From the IMG/VR virus record IMGVR_UViG_3300049629_001768: a DNA stretch of 21,034 nt; one strand, 5' to 3'. The position numbers and the translations under genes are program-made. The notes under the pieces were generated by a model that was not told the DNA's origin, did not search any database, and saw only the letters and a list, made by a program, of their open reading frames with translations. Positions 1-9,149 of the stretch are shown in pieces; the first letter of the stretch is position 1; each line of letters begins with the position of its first letter. Origin of the DNA: a virus.

Positions 1-101
1 AGATATTATCTTTGACTCTTGATAAGATTAATTCTTATGAAACTTTGATTGAAAATTTAACAGCTGAAAACCAAAGATTATCTCAGATAGCTAAATATTA
101 A
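1..101 (+). CDS. C-terminal end of a hypothetical protein (partial, starts before the window)
   Basis: Open frame from position 3 reads ILSLTLDKINSYETLIENLTAENQRLSQIAKY* with TAA at 99-101. It is followed 1 nt later by an ATG, fitting the compact gene packing. Coiled-coil-like. Confidence 0.5.
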   Translation, partial: ILSLTLDKINSYETLIENLTAENQRLSQIAKY

Positions 102-102
102 C

Positions 103-201
103 ATGAAAATTATTGGTCAACAAAATTTACCATGCGATTGCGCTTGGGAAAAAATAGTCAAGAGCACTAAGTGCGACAAAGAAGAAGAAGAGGACGATTA
201 A
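103..201 (+). CDS. very small hypothetical protein (32 aa), MKIIGQQNLPCDCAWEKIVKSTKCDKEEEEDD
   Basis: Not in the supplied track. ATG at 103 and TAA at 199-201, overlapping (TAATG) the ATG at 201 of the next gene. Confidence 0.45.
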   Translation: MKIIGQQNLPCDCAWEKIVKSTKCDKEEEEDD

Positions 202-608
202 TGAAGATTATAGAAACTATACAAAATTTAGCGGAAGCCATAAACAATCTAGCAACTAGTTTAAGACAGATTTCTTTACCTAATAAGAATGACAATAATT
301 TAAATTCTTATACTAAAACAAACTATTATGTAAAGAATTTACCTAATAATTCTTACACTAAAACATCTACTTCTGCTGAAATAACCTATACTACTCCCCC
401 TGATTTTGTTACTATACTAAAGTCAGAACATGAAGTTATTGGTAGGCTTTACAAAGCCCTTACTTCCAAAGACCCAGATAAAGCTGATAATGATAAGGTT
501 CTTCTAGAAATCAAAACTAGATGGCCTAAATTATATAATGCTCTTATAGATGTTGTTACTGCTAAGACTTTTTCTATATACAAAGGATTTTCTGATGAAC
601 AAAAATAA
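201..608 (+). CDS. hypothetical protein (135 aa), start corrected
   Basis: Track ORF 171..608 starts with an implausible MRQRRRRGR leader that is the frame-shifted end of the preceding small ORF. Internal ATG at 201 (MKIIETIQNLAEAI...) gives tight coupling. Confidence 0.6.
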   Translation: MKIIETIQNLAEAINNLATSLRQISLPNKNDNNLNSYTKTNYYVKNLPNNSYTKTSTSAEITYTTPPDFVTILKSEHEVIGRLYKALTSKDPDKADNDKVLLEIKTRWPKLYNALIDVVTAKTFSIYKGFSDEQK

Positions 609-744
609 CATAGAACACGATGATTATATTAATTCAATAGATGATGCTTATATTGATACTTTCCAAGATTCTAATGGAATACCTTGGTCTTCATATGAAG
701 ATTATCAAGTAGAAGAATATGAAGATTATCAAGTAGAAAATTAA
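595..744 (+). CDS. hypothetical acidic small protein (49 aa), start corrected
   Basis: ATG at 595 gives MNKNNIEHDDYINSIDDAYIDTFQ..., overlapping the previous stop. The longer track ORF (550..744) lies in overlapping coding sequence. Confidence 0.5.
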   Translation: MNKNNIEHDDYINSIDDAYIDTFQDSNGIPWSSYEDYQVEEYEDYQVEN

Positions 745-749
745 TTTTT

Positions 750-848
750 ATGTGGCCTCTTTTTCTTGTTCACTCTATAGTTTGCATTGTTATTGGATGG
801 AATTTAAAAGATTTTTATGAAGAAATTAAACAAGATAAAAACAACTAG
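750..848 (+). CDS. small putative membrane protein (32 aa), MWPLFLVHSIVCIVIGWNLKDFYEEIKQDKNN
   Basis: Short ORF below the track threshold. It fills the gap between neighbouring genes and has a hydrophobic N-terminal segment. Confidence 0.4.
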   Translation: MWPLFLVHSIVCIVIGWNLKDFYEEIKQDKNN

Positions 849-1026
849 ACAAGCAAAAGAGTCCTTGATACAAACATGGGGTCCAGAAGTAATCCTAGAG
901 TGTGCTTGCAGACAAATACCTGGTCATTCAATGTGGGGCCAATATGCTGCTCCCACTTGTCCATTGTGCAAACAAAAATGCCAAGTTATAATTGAAGATT
1001 GGTCGGTGATAGACGATGGATCATGA
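817..1026 (+). CDS. small Cys-rich putative zinc-binding protein (69 aa)
   Basis: Complete ORF containing ECACRQ...PTCPLCKQKC cysteine pairs. Confidence 0.55.
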   Translation: MKKLNKIKTTRQAKESLIQTWGPEVILECACRQIPGHSMWGQYAAPTCPLCKQKCQVIIEDWSVIDDGS

Positions 1027-1207
1027 AGCTATGCGCGATGCTTATAGTCGAGCTTTAAATTATAATGTTGAAGATTTTAAGCTTCATCAGTGCAATTCTT
1101 GTGGAGTTGAAAATGACAGTTTAGGTGATTATATTATAGTTCAAGGCAAAATAAGAATATGGAATTGCGATAGGTGTTTAAATGAACAAGAAAAAGAAAA
1201 ATATTAA
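1016..1207 (+). CDS. small putative zinc-ribbon protein (63 aa)
   Basis: Complete ORF with CNSC...CDRC pairs, overlapping the preceding gene by 11 nt. Confidence 0.55.
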   Translation: MDHEAMRDAYSRALNYNVEDFKLHQCNSCGVENDSLGDYIIVQGKIRIWNCDRCLNEQEKEKY

Positions 1208-1332
1208 AATATTATTTAGTAAAGCTTGGTCAAAAATTGACAAGCAAAATTTTTCTGATCGCAATATATTAAAAGCTAAAACTATACCATCCAAGAAAAA
1301 ACCACCACCTGATAAGAAAGAATGGGATTAAC

Positions 1333-1581
1333 ATGCTTGAAACTGAAAAAGAGATGCAAAAGATATTAACAAAAGAATATGGATCTCTCATAGGTAAAAT
1401 GGTTCATACTATTCGTCCACTTAAAGAATCTGAAATTTCAGAATTAGGATGGGATGGATTAGTAGGTTTTAATGATATTCCTATGGTTATAATTTTTCAC
1501 GATGGTCAAGCAATCATTCCTTCTCAAGATCCTGAAATTAATGGACCAGGATTTTTAATAACAGCTGATCTTCAAGACTAG
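1333..1581 (+). CDS. hypothetical protein (82 aa)
   Basis: Complete ORF in a tightly packed run of same-strand genes; MLETEKEMQKILTKEYGSLIGKMVHTIRPL... Confidence 0.55.
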   Translation: MLETEKEMQKILTKEYGSLIGKMVHTIRPLKESEISELGWDGLVGFNDIPMVIIFHDGQAIIPSQDPEINGPGFLITADLQD

Positions 1582-1583
1582 CT

Positions 1584-1805
1584 ATGATATTTAAAAAGAA
1601 ATACAAAAAAGTTAAATTAGTATCTTCTGAAACCGGTAAAAAAATTGATGTAATAAAGTTTCCTATAGAAGAATTTAATTTAATATTAACTGCTTGTAAA
1701 TATCAAAATATAACTATTGAGCAGTTTTTCAGACAGTGCTTAGAAGATCTTATATATGGAGATTCTTACAAGCAACGATATAAACAAATAGGGGAAAAAC
1801 CATGA
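1584..1805 (+). CDS. hypothetical protein (73 aa)
   Basis: Complete ORF that overlaps the next gene start by 4 nt (ATGA). Confidence 0.55.
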   Translation: MIFKKKYKKVKLVSSETGKKIDVIKFPIEEFNLILTACKYQNITIEQFFRQCLEDLIYGDSYKQRYKQIGEKP

Positions 1806-1996
1806 AACAATGCGCATATGTTGGAAAAAAAGTACAGTTAGTTTATACTGACGATCAGTATACTAAACTTAAACCAGGAGATTTTGGAGTTGTAAGGCTA
1901 GTAGACGATACTGGTACTATACATGTAAACTGGGAAGATGGTTCAAATCTTGGCTTAATACCTGGAGTTGACAAATTCCATATTATTAGTGTATAG
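1802..1996 (+). CDS. DUF4314-like small phage protein (64 aa)
   Basis: GKKVQLVYTDDQYTKLKPGDFGVVRLVDDTGTIHVNWEDGSNLGLIPGVDKFHII matches the recalled DUF4314 pattern (G-x-R/K-V-x-L...PG..G.V..VDD.GT..V.W..GS.L.L.PG.D). Confidence 0.7.
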   Translation: MKQCAYVGKKVQLVYTDDQYTKLKPGDFGVVRLVDDTGTIHVNWEDGSNLGLIPGVDKFHIISV

Positions 1997-2062
1997 TATT
2001 ATAAACTAGGTTTTTTAGTTTTGAAGCCGTCTTAGATTACGGGTAAATTTTTAGGAGCAATT

Positions 2063-2797
2063 ATGACCGAGCAAAAGTTCTGGAATGAAGAAGCTATGCG
2101 CATTCCAGTAATTCAACAATTAGTAAAAAATTGGGAAAAAATTAGAGATGAAGCTTTAGTTTTTTTAAATAGCAAAAATCCAGAAACATATGAAGGAAAA
2201 ACTACTGTTTCTTTATTAGACTCTAAAATAAAAACATATGAAATTGTACATAAAGAAGATGAAGATTCGATAAATGGTAACTTTATTAAATTATTTCCAA
2301 AGGCAGAAGAATCTGGTGAATGGAATATAGTTTATATTGCTGAAAATAGAAAGAGGCAAAATAACAACGGCGACCTAAAAGAGTTAAATGATTATTATGA
2401 AAAAAAGACTGTTAAACAAACTTCAAAAAGTACGTACGATCTAAGTAGTTACGCTATTTCTTTTTTTAAAACATTCAACTCGATTATTGAAGAACATGCT
2501 CCTGGTATGTGTTCTGCTTGTATTATTAGCATACTTTCACCTGGAACTGAAATAGGATCTCATTTTGGAGTAAAAGGATACCTTAGGTTTCACCTATGTC
2601 TAGTCAATGACCCCAAATGCACGATTACAGTTGGCAATGAAACTTCTTCATGGGAAGAAGGTAAAGTATTATCGTTTAAAGACGGAGGTCCATATGCTCA
2701 TTCAGTCTCTCATAAAGGCTCTAAGGATAGAATAGTAATTATATTCGATATGCCACTTGATTACGTAAAACAGTTTATACCAAATATATTAAGTTAA
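2063..2797 (+). CDS. aspartyl/asparaginyl beta-hydroxylase-like protein (244 aa)
   Basis: Contains SPGTEIGSHFGVKGYLRFHLCLVND and SFKDGGPYAHSVSHKGSKDRIVIIFDM, resembling AspH-family metal-binding His and C-terminal HxxxxxxxxRxxxxxD features. AGGAG-like SD precedes the ATG. Confidence 0.85.
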   Translation: MTEQKFWNEEAMRIPVIQQLVKNWEKIRDEALVFLNSKNPETYEGKTTVSLLDSKIKTYEIVHKEDEDSINGNFIKLFPKAEESGEWNIVYIAENRKRQNNNGDLKELNDYYEKKTVKQTSKSTYDLSSYAISFFKTFNSIIEEHAPGMCSACIISILSPGTEIGSHFGVKGYLRFHLCLVNDPKCTITVGNETSSWEEGKVLSFKDGGPYAHSVSHKGSKDRIVIIFDMPLDYVKQFIPNILS

Positions 2798-2801
2798 TAA
2801 T

Positions 2802-3857
2802 ATGAACAATAAAGGACTATATATATCTGAAGATCTTTTAGATGAAATTTTATTTGCAGAACCAACTGATCCAAATGAGTTAAATCATTCTGTAAAAAAT
2901 GAATCAGATACAATATTTACTTGGGACTACTCAGTATCACGCCAAAAACTTAGAAAACTTTACCTAAAAGGATTACGCAGTCAATGGAATCCAGAAGAAG
3001 ATATTAATTGGAAAATTGATGTAGATATAGAAAAAAGTGTGATACTAGATCAAGGGCCTATAAATAAGGATAAATTTATAGGTACTCCACTAGAAAAGTG
3101 GAAAGAAAAAGAATGGCTAGAATATTCTATACAATCTAGAAAATATAACGTATCTCAATTTCTACATGGTGAACAAGGTGCATTAATGTTTGCTTCAAAA
3201 ACTGTACAAAACATACCATGGTTTGACGCAAAACTTTATGCAAGTAGTCAGGTATTAGACGAAGCAAAACATTTAGATGTATTCTCTAGATATCTTAACG
3301 ATAAGCTAGGTGGTGGATATACTGTAAATACTAATTTTAAAAATTATATGTCAAATATAATAAACGATCCTAGATGGGATTTTACATATTTAGGCGGTCA
3401 AGTTATTGGAGAAGGTTTAAGTCTTTCGTCTTTTGGGTATCTTTATCAAATAACAAAAGAGCCTCTTATTAAACAAATTTTAGATTATATAATAAAAGAC
3501 GAGAGTAGGCACGTTGCTTTTGGTGTTATAAGCTTAACTGAAGTCTATGAAAACATGAATGATTTAGAAATTAAAGAAAGGCAGGAATTTGCTTATGAAG
3601 CAAGTTTTGGCCTTATGGGCAAACTAGTTCAGCACGAAGTGTGGGATTATATGGGAGTAGATTCAAAAATAATAACTCCTCTGGTTATAAATTCTGGAAA
3701 AAACAGATTCATGAGACAAGCTGTTTTTACTAAGGTAGTACCTAACTGTAAGAAGCTTGGATTACTTGATCGAAATAATGGTTGGCTTCGTACGAAATTT
3801 GAAGAAATGGGCGTTATTCAGTTTGAAGATATGGAATTAACAGATGAAGAAATTTAA
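2802..3857 (+). CDS. ferritin-like diiron protein (351 aa), putative oxygenase
   Basis: Diiron-type motifs: GEQGALMFAS, DEAKHLDVFSRYL (ExxH), IIKDESRHVAFGV (ExxH). Confidence 0.7.
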   Translation: MNNKGLYISEDLLDEILFAEPTDPNELNHSVKNESDTIFTWDYSVSRQKLRKLYLKGLRSQWNPEEDINWKIDVDIEKSVILDQGPINKDKFIGTPLEKWKEKEWLEYSIQSRKYNVSQFLHGEQGALMFASKTVQNIPWFDAKLYASSQVLDEAKHLDVFSRYLNDKLGGGYTVNTNFKNYMSNIINDPRWDFTYLGGQVIGEGLSLSSFGYLYQITKEPLIKQILDYIIKDESRHVAFGVISLTEVYENMNDLEIKERQEFAYEASFGLMGKLVQHEVWDYMGVDSKIITPLVINSGKNRFMRQAVFTKVVPNCKKLGLLDRNNGWLRTKFEEMGVIQFEDMELTDEEI

Positions 3858-4857
3858 TCAGATTGATCGTAAAAAAAGTTTAGAAATTCTAAAAAATTTA
3901 GAACCTGATGTAGAGTCAATATTAAATAAGCATATAAGCTCTAGAAAAGACTGGTATCCTCACGAAATAATACCATGGAATAGATACTCTGAAATAGAAA
4001 AAAATGGCTTTGAATACAATAAAGATAAAATATCAGAAAATTTAATATCAACTATTTATCTCTTAATAATGACAGAAGATAATTTACCATGGTATGCTAG
4101 AACGATAACAGGATTTATAGGCGACGAGAATAGAAACACTGTTTGGAATGAATGGCTTCAACAGTGGGTAGCCGAAGAAGACAACCACTCTTACGTAATA
4201 AGAAATTATATTACACTTAATGGACTAATGAATCCATATTTTCTTGAAGATGCAAGAATGAATCAAGTAAAAAAGGGCCTTGTCCCAGATGATCCAAATG
4301 GGAATGCTGTACAGTGGCTAACTTATACTACTTTACAGGAACTTGCTGGCAGATCGATATACTTAAGAGTAGCAGATCAACTAAGAGAAGATTCTGAAGG
4401 ATATAACATTATCAGAAAAGTTACTAGCGATGAAAACAGGCACTTTATATTTTATAGAGATGTTTGTAAAAAAGGATTTGAAAAATATCCTTCCGAATTC
4501 ATCATATCACTCGCATCTCAAGCTATAGATTTTCAACTTCCGGCAAATTATACTGGATCTGGAGTTCTTGATTTTGACATTCACTCAAGATTAATGGCTA
4601 ATGGCGGATTTTATAATCTTGAAATATATATTGAAGAAGTTATTAAGCCTATGATATCTTTCTGGAAACTAGATGAAATCAAAAATATTTCTGCAGAAGC
4701 AGAAGATGCACTAGCTCAATTGATGAATTATATAGAAAAAAGTGATCGTTTAATAGAAAAAATAAAAGACAGAACTAAAAGAGTTGGATATTCTTCAAAA
4801 AATTCAGAATTCAATAAAGTAACACAATTAAGTTTAATTGCTCCTGTAAGAGATTAA
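3844..4857 (+). CDS. acyl-ACP desaturase-like / ferritin-like diiron protein (337 aa)
   Basis: Motifs EDNLPWY, DENRNTVWNEWLQQWVAEEDNHSYVIRNYI, TSDENRHFIFYRDV, characteristic of bacterial acyl-ACP desaturase (FA_desaturase_2) diiron helices. Overlaps the upstream gene by 14 nt. Confidence 0.72.
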   Translation: MKKFNQIDRKKSLEILKNLEPDVESILNKHISSRKDWYPHEIIPWNRYSEIEKNGFEYNKDKISENLISTIYLLIMTEDNLPWYARTITGFIGDENRNTVWNEWLQQWVAEEDNHSYVIRNYITLNGLMNPYFLEDARMNQVKKGLVPDDPNGNAVQWLTYTTLQELAGRSIYLRVADQLREDSEGYNIIRKVTSDENRHFIFYRDVCKKGFEKYPSEFIISLASQAIDFQLPANYTGSGVLDFDIHSRLMANGGFYNLEIYIEEVIKPMISFWKLDEIKNISAEAEDALAQLMNYIEKSDRLIEKIKDRTKRVGYSSKNSEFNKVTQLSLIAPVRD

Positions 4858-4882
4858 TTACTTTTACTTTAAAAAGCTATAT

Positions 4883-4925
4883 AGGCTAAAATTAGGAAAA
4901 ATTTTTTTTGGCCTTAGCCTTTTTT
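4883..4925 (+). terminator. putative rho-independent terminator
   Basis: AGGCTAA (4883-4889) pairs with TTAGCCT (4914-4920) and is followed by a T run, 3' of the 2063-4857 gene set. The loop is long and T-rich. Confidence 0.5.
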
Positions 4926-4984
4926 GAGTTTTTTTATAATTTTTGAAATTGATTATATTATTAAATAAGGATACAATATATATT

Positions 4985-5773
4985 ATGAATGATTTAGAAT
5001 TTTGGAAACAAGAAGGCTACCTTATTAAAGAGGGTCTTATATCCGATGATCTTATCGAATCTTACGAGAAGCTATGGCTAAGTACGCACTCTGAGTTAGA
5101 TAATAATGGAAATAGTATTATAAAAAATTATACTGGCTGGGATAGATACGATATCTACAAAGAGCATAATGAAATACTTGATATATTTTGTGGTTCAAAG
5201 ATACCTAAGGTATTAGAAAGTATAATTGGAGAACCAGCTGGAATACATCTAAATTTTACCGGTTGGATATCAACCCAAAAAACATGGCATCAAGATGTTA
5301 CTGTTCCGAATAAGGAAATGGCTGACTATTATATTGGAGTTTGGATAGCGCTAGACGCTATTGATGTTAACTCGGGCCCTTTTGAACTAATACCAAAATC
5401 TCATTTATGGAATACTGATTTTGAAAAAATATATCCAGATTTTCAAAGACAAAGAAGTAAAGATGATTCATTAAAAGTTTCCGATATATATAGCTTTGAA
5501 GAAGAAACAAATTTACCAAGAGAAGAAGATCCAGGTGCAGCAGCATATAGATACTATTCTTCTAAATTAGAACAAGAAAAACCTGAAGGAATTTCTTTTA
5601 CTGCCAATAAAGGTGACGTTATATTTTGGCATGGGCATACGGTACATAGGGGTAGTGAACCATTAGATAAATCTCTTTTAAGAAAAAGTATAATAGGTCA
5701 TTACTCCGGAGTTAATACCGGAATGCTAGCAGCATCTTATGCTAAGCCGTATAAGAACGGATACTATTTTTAG
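4985..5773 (+). CDS. phytanoyl-CoA dioxygenase (PhyH)-family protein (262 aa)
   Basis: TWHQDVT (HxD) and DVIFWHGHTVHRGSEPLDKSLLRKS. The ATG at 4985 (MNDLEFWKQEGYLIKEG) is more plausible than the TTG start at 4943 in the track. Confidence 0.85.
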   Translation: MNDLEFWKQEGYLIKEGLISDDLIESYEKLWLSTHSELDNNGNSIIKNYTGWDRYDIYKEHNEILDIFCGSKIPKVLESIIGEPAGIHLNFTGWISTQKTWHQDVTVPNKEMADYYIGVWIALDAIDVNSGPFELIPKSHLWNTDFEKIYPDFQRQRSKDDSLKVSDIYSFEEETNLPREEDPGAAAYRYYSSKLEQEKPEGISFTANKGDVIFWHGHTVHRGSEPLDKSLLRKSIIGHYSGVNTGMLAASYAKPYKNGYYF

Positions 5774-6780
5774 ATAGATCTCCAAAGCCATTCCGGATGC
5801 TGCTTAGTCCATTCCACTGTAGACTTAAGCGAGTCTTCTAAAGACATTGGAGGAACCCATCCAGCTTTAGATAGCTTATTTCCATCTAGAGCATAGCGTA
5901 AATCGTGGCCAGGTCTTGTAGTGTGAAAATCTTCAAACTCAAATTTTAGCTCTTTACCCCAATAAAAAGAAACCATCTTTGCCATCTCTAAATTATTCAC
6001 TTCTCTTTCTCCAACTATATGATATTTATCCGGTCTATCGGAGTTTGGATAGGCAACTGGTGGAAGATTTTTTAATATAAACAGTAGAGCGTCTGCCTGA
6101 TTTCTCGCGTGAAGGTAGTATCTTGACCCAATGTTTTCTGGAGTACCATGAATTGTCATTGGTATATTCTTTTCTAAACAATACATAATTTTTGGAACAA
6201 ACTTTTCAGGATCTTGACGCTCGCCGATAATATTCATTGTATTTGTAATAACGACTGGTACTCCGAATGTTCTCCAATATGACATACATGCTGCTTCTTG
6301 AGCTGCTTTTGAAGCAGAGTAAGGATTAGATGGTAGAATTGTATCCCATTCTTTATGTGCATATCCAGCTGGCGCTGGACCATAGACCTCGTCCGTAGAT
6401 ACGTGCAAGAAAATTTCTGGCTGAATCTTACGTGCAAGCTCTAGCATATTAACAACAAGAGCTACGTTATTTAATATGAATGGAGCAGGGTCGGTAATGG
6501 ATCTATCTACATGTGAGTCAGATGCCATAGAAATAATATAATCAATATTTCCTATATCTTTTATCATCACATCTGAAAATGGAACAGTAAGATCATGGGT
6601 AACTAGTTTAACCCTATGCTTCTCTTTATCCCAACATCCTATAGATGTTATCCTATCTGTTACTCCACGATGGCGGAATGAATCAGTTATTACGACATTC
6701 CAATCTGTAAGTTTTAAAATATGTTCTAACGTATGATGGCCAACAAAACCACCAGCTCCGGTTAATAATACTGTTTTCAT
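5770..6780 (-). CDS. NAD-dependent sugar-nucleotide dehydratase/epimerase, dTDP-glucose 4,6-dehydratase-like (336 aa)
   Basis: Rossmann TGAGGFVG, ASDSHVDRSITDP, HVSTDEVYG, and the YSASKA catalytic YxxxK of extended SDRs. Confidence 0.85.
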   Translation of the reverse strand: MKTVLLTGAGGFVGHHTLEHILKLTDWNVVITDSFRHRGVTDRITSIGCWDKEKHRVKLVTHDLTVPFSDVMIKDIGNIDYIISMASDSHVDRSITDPAPFILNNVALVVNMLELARKIQPEIFLHVSTDEVYGPAPAGYAHKEWDTILPSNPYSASKAAQEAACMSYWRTFGVPVVITNTMNIIGERQDPEKFVPKIMYCLEKNIPMTIHGTPENIGSRYYLHARNQADALLFILKNLPPVAYPNSDRPDKYHIVGEREVNNLEMAKMVSFYWGKELKFEFEDFHTTRPGHDLRYALDGNKLSKAGWVPPMSLEDSLKSTVEWTKQHPEWLWRSI

Positions 6781-6836
6781 TTTTATCTTTCTTTATTAAA
6801 GTCAAATAATAAGTGATACACACTTACCGCTTGACA

Positions 6837-6911
<75 letters not shown>

Positions 6912-6915
6912 AGAT

Positions 6916-7806
6916 TTATGCTTTCTTATTATACAGCTTTTCTACAAGCGGAGACTCCCAAACGCTTATATTTTCGTATTTTTTTTCTATCTTTAGTGGA
7001 TCGGGGTGAAAATGAATTGTATTGTCTTCTCTAATTAAATTCTTAGCTATTTCAGGCCAATTATCTTTACCGTATTTTTCTTCTCCGTCTAACCACTCTT
7101 CTGTTTCGTACCAAGGATGTTTTATGTAAGACCTAGTAAAAAACTTATCACCATTTTCTACTTGTCCGACTGCATGAAAGTATGGATGGTTACCAGGATA
7201 CAATGGGGACCCTGAAGGAAATACTACAATATCACCTGCTTTTGGTTTGTATGTAACTATACTTCCTTCAACAAAAAATCTTAATTCTCCACCATCATAA
7301 TTATCGTTAATATAAGTTGTGCATGTTATAAAAAATTTATCATGAGGCCAATACCATTCTCCTATTGCGTAGTCTGTATGATAGTTCATATTTAACACTC
7401 TATCAGAACCATCTTCTAATCCACCTTCGTGCAATCCTACCATTATTCCGGGAATGTATTTGGCATAATTTGGAATAGTAATATAGGATCCCTTCGGTAT
7501 CTCAACATTATTTTTTCCTATGTAATGGGAAAGTGCAGAGTTATTTGCTTCCTTAATCCTAGTGCATAGATATTCTTCATTTCCATACATTACATTTTCC
7601 CTATCAGCTTCATCTCCATTTCTTTTTTCATCTGCATATGTTCCAAAGACAAACCAAGGAGTCCAGTCTCTTAAGTAATATCTTCCTTTTGATTCTTTTT
7701 CTGAATTTTTAATTATTTCAGTTAACTTATGATGATCTTCTAAAAGACCACTATAAACAAATATTAAAGGATATATTTCTTTATATTCAAAATTTAAACC
7801 TAACAT
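6916..7806 (-). CDS. 2OG-Fe(II) oxygenase, prolyl 4-hydroxylase-like (296 aa)
   Basis: NYHTDYAI (HxD), INDNYDGGELRFF, KPKAGDIVVFPSG, distal His in HPYFHAVGQV. Confidence 0.87.
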   Translation of the reverse strand: MLGLNFEYKEIYPLIFVYSGLLEDHHKLTEIIKNSEKESKGRYYLRDWTPWFVFGTYADEKRNGDEADRENVMYGNEEYLCTRIKEANNSALSHYIGKNNVEIPKGSYITIPNYAKYIPGIMVGLHEGGLEDGSDRVLNMNYHTDYAIGEWYWPHDKFFITCTTYINDNYDGGELRFFVEGSIVTYKPKAGDIVVFPSGSPLYPGNHPYFHAVGQVENGDKFFTRSYIKHPWYETEEWLDGEEKYGKDNWPEIAKNLIREDNTIHFHPDPLKIEKKYENISVWESPLVEKLYNKKA

Positions 7807-7809
7807 ATA

Positions 7810-8361
7810 TTACTCTCCTAAAGTATAAAAATTTGTGTAAGAATATTTAATTCCAGAAACGATAGGATTTGTTGAGTGAATTTTAAGCGCATCGAAAAAA
7901 ATTACAGATCCAGATTCTGGCTTAATAGAAGTGCTAGCTATTTTATTATCAATTTTATTATGAAATAATAATTCCCCACCAACATAGTCTTCATTAAAAT
8001 AAAAAACAGAACTCAAGTGAACTGTTTCTTTTTTGTTTTTGACTACCCATTCATCTGTAGGTTCCCAGTCTTTATGTATATTTATATATTGATTTTCAGT
8101 ATATTTTACTATACATCTACCTGTAAAACTTTTTACATTACATTTATAAAAATATTGTATATTTTTAATTAATTGATTATCTAAATTTTGAATTAAATCG
8201 TAGTGTATATATTTATGATCTACTGAATACGAATGAAGACTAGAATAGCTGTCTTCTTTTGCAGATGGATTTAAAGAAAATTCAAGTTTATCAAAACTAC
8301 TACATAATAGATCTATTTCTTCTTTACTAATTAAATTTTCTTTTATTATAGTTTCGTACAT
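7810..8361 (-). CDS. 2OG-Fe(II) oxygenase, prolyl 4-hydroxylase-like (183 aa)
   Basis: NIHKDWEP (HxD), NEDYVGGELLFHNK, KPESGSVIFFDALKIHSTNPIVSGIKYSYTNFY. Confidence 0.82.
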   Translation of the reverse strand: MYETIIKENLISKEEIDLLCSSFDKLEFSLNPSAKEDSYSSLHSYSVDHKYIHYDLIQNLDNQLIKNIQYFYKCNVKSFTGRCIVKYTENQYINIHKDWEPTDEWVVKNKKETVHLSSVFYFNEDYVGGELLFHNKIDNKIASTSIKPESGSVIFFDALKIHSTNPIVSGIKYSYTNFYTLGE

Positions 8362-8367
8362 AATACT

Positions 8368-8949
8368 CTATAGGGTATGCCATCTTAAAAATTTTCTAAA
8401 ATGATTAGAATCAACAAAATTTGGGTCAACCCAAAAATCCTCATGAAACTCTCTTGCAACAAGAGTATATCCTAAAGAATCTAAAATTTCTCTTTGCATA
8501 TCTCTTATAGATGTATTTTTCCAATACATGTTAGCATCATGCTCAAAAGTTATTACAGTAAATCTATACTGAGTTAATGGAATAGATATTAGTCCATGCA
8601 ATGTAGTATAGGCATCAAAAGGCCTCATAGAAGTATCATAACCTTGATCTATGTCAACTTGTAAATAGTCTATTTGTTTTGGAAAGTTATTTTCTTCAAA
8701 GTACTTTATATAATCAAACTTAAGCGCATCGCCCATACATGGATTTGATCTATTCTGAATAAATTCTTTTCTTCTTTCTTCTGTTATCTCAAAAGAAACA
8801 CCAGTCCAGTTATAGTCTTTTTCTAAAAGAAATGTATTACTTCCTTGAAAAGAATGAAAAGCCCCTAATTCAACATAATATCCATTTGTTTTATTTTGAG
8901 TAATATCTAAAACGAAACGTTCTTGAGAAGAGGTTCCTCTATAATTCAT
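8368..8949 (-). CDS. FkbM-like methyltransferase (193 aa)
   Basis: GYYVELGAFHSFQGSNTFLLEKDYNWTGVSFEITEERRKEF...DYLQVDID resembles the FkbM motif-I region (E-x-GA...SNT..LE...W.G...E) and DxLxxDxxG. Confidence 0.72.
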   Translation of the reverse strand: MNYRGTSSQERFVLDITQNKTNGYYVELGAFHSFQGSNTFLLEKDYNWTGVSFEITEERRKEFIQNRSNPCMGDALKFDYIKYFEENNFPKQIDYLQVDIDQGYDTSMRPFDAYTTLHGLISIPLTQYRFTVITFEHDANMYWKNTSIRDMQREILDSLGYTLVAREFHEDFWVDPNFVDSNHFRKFLRWHTL

Positions 8950-8954
8950 GCTAG

Positions 8955-9149
8955 TTACTTTTCTACTATTTTAGTAACCAAATGCTTTACTGTTTCTGAA
9001 ACATTTGTTGGATTATCTTTTATAATTAAACTTAGATTTGACAATGCATCAGTGATTCTAAGACTTATATTATGAGCTTCTTCATGAGATATAGCCTTGG
9101 ATGCAGTTACTTGTTCGTAAACTTTTCTATAATTTTCCGTGTAATTCAT
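8955..9149 (-). CDS. hypothetical protein (64 aa)
   Basis: Complete ORF in the minus-strand gene series, overlapping the upstream gene by 23 nt. Confidence 0.5.
   Translation of the reverse strand: MNYTENYRKVYEQVTASKAISHEEAHNISLRITDALSNLSLIIKDNPTNVSETVKHLVTKIVEK

Noticed and set aside
2000-2035. Weak hairpin AAACTA...TAGTTT as terminator
   Set aside because: A-T only 6-bp stem is too weak to call in this AT-rich sequence.
6234-6437. Minus-strand ORF of 67 aa in an alternate frame
   Set aside because: Lies entirely within the dehydratase gene in another frame and shows low-complexity Gln content.
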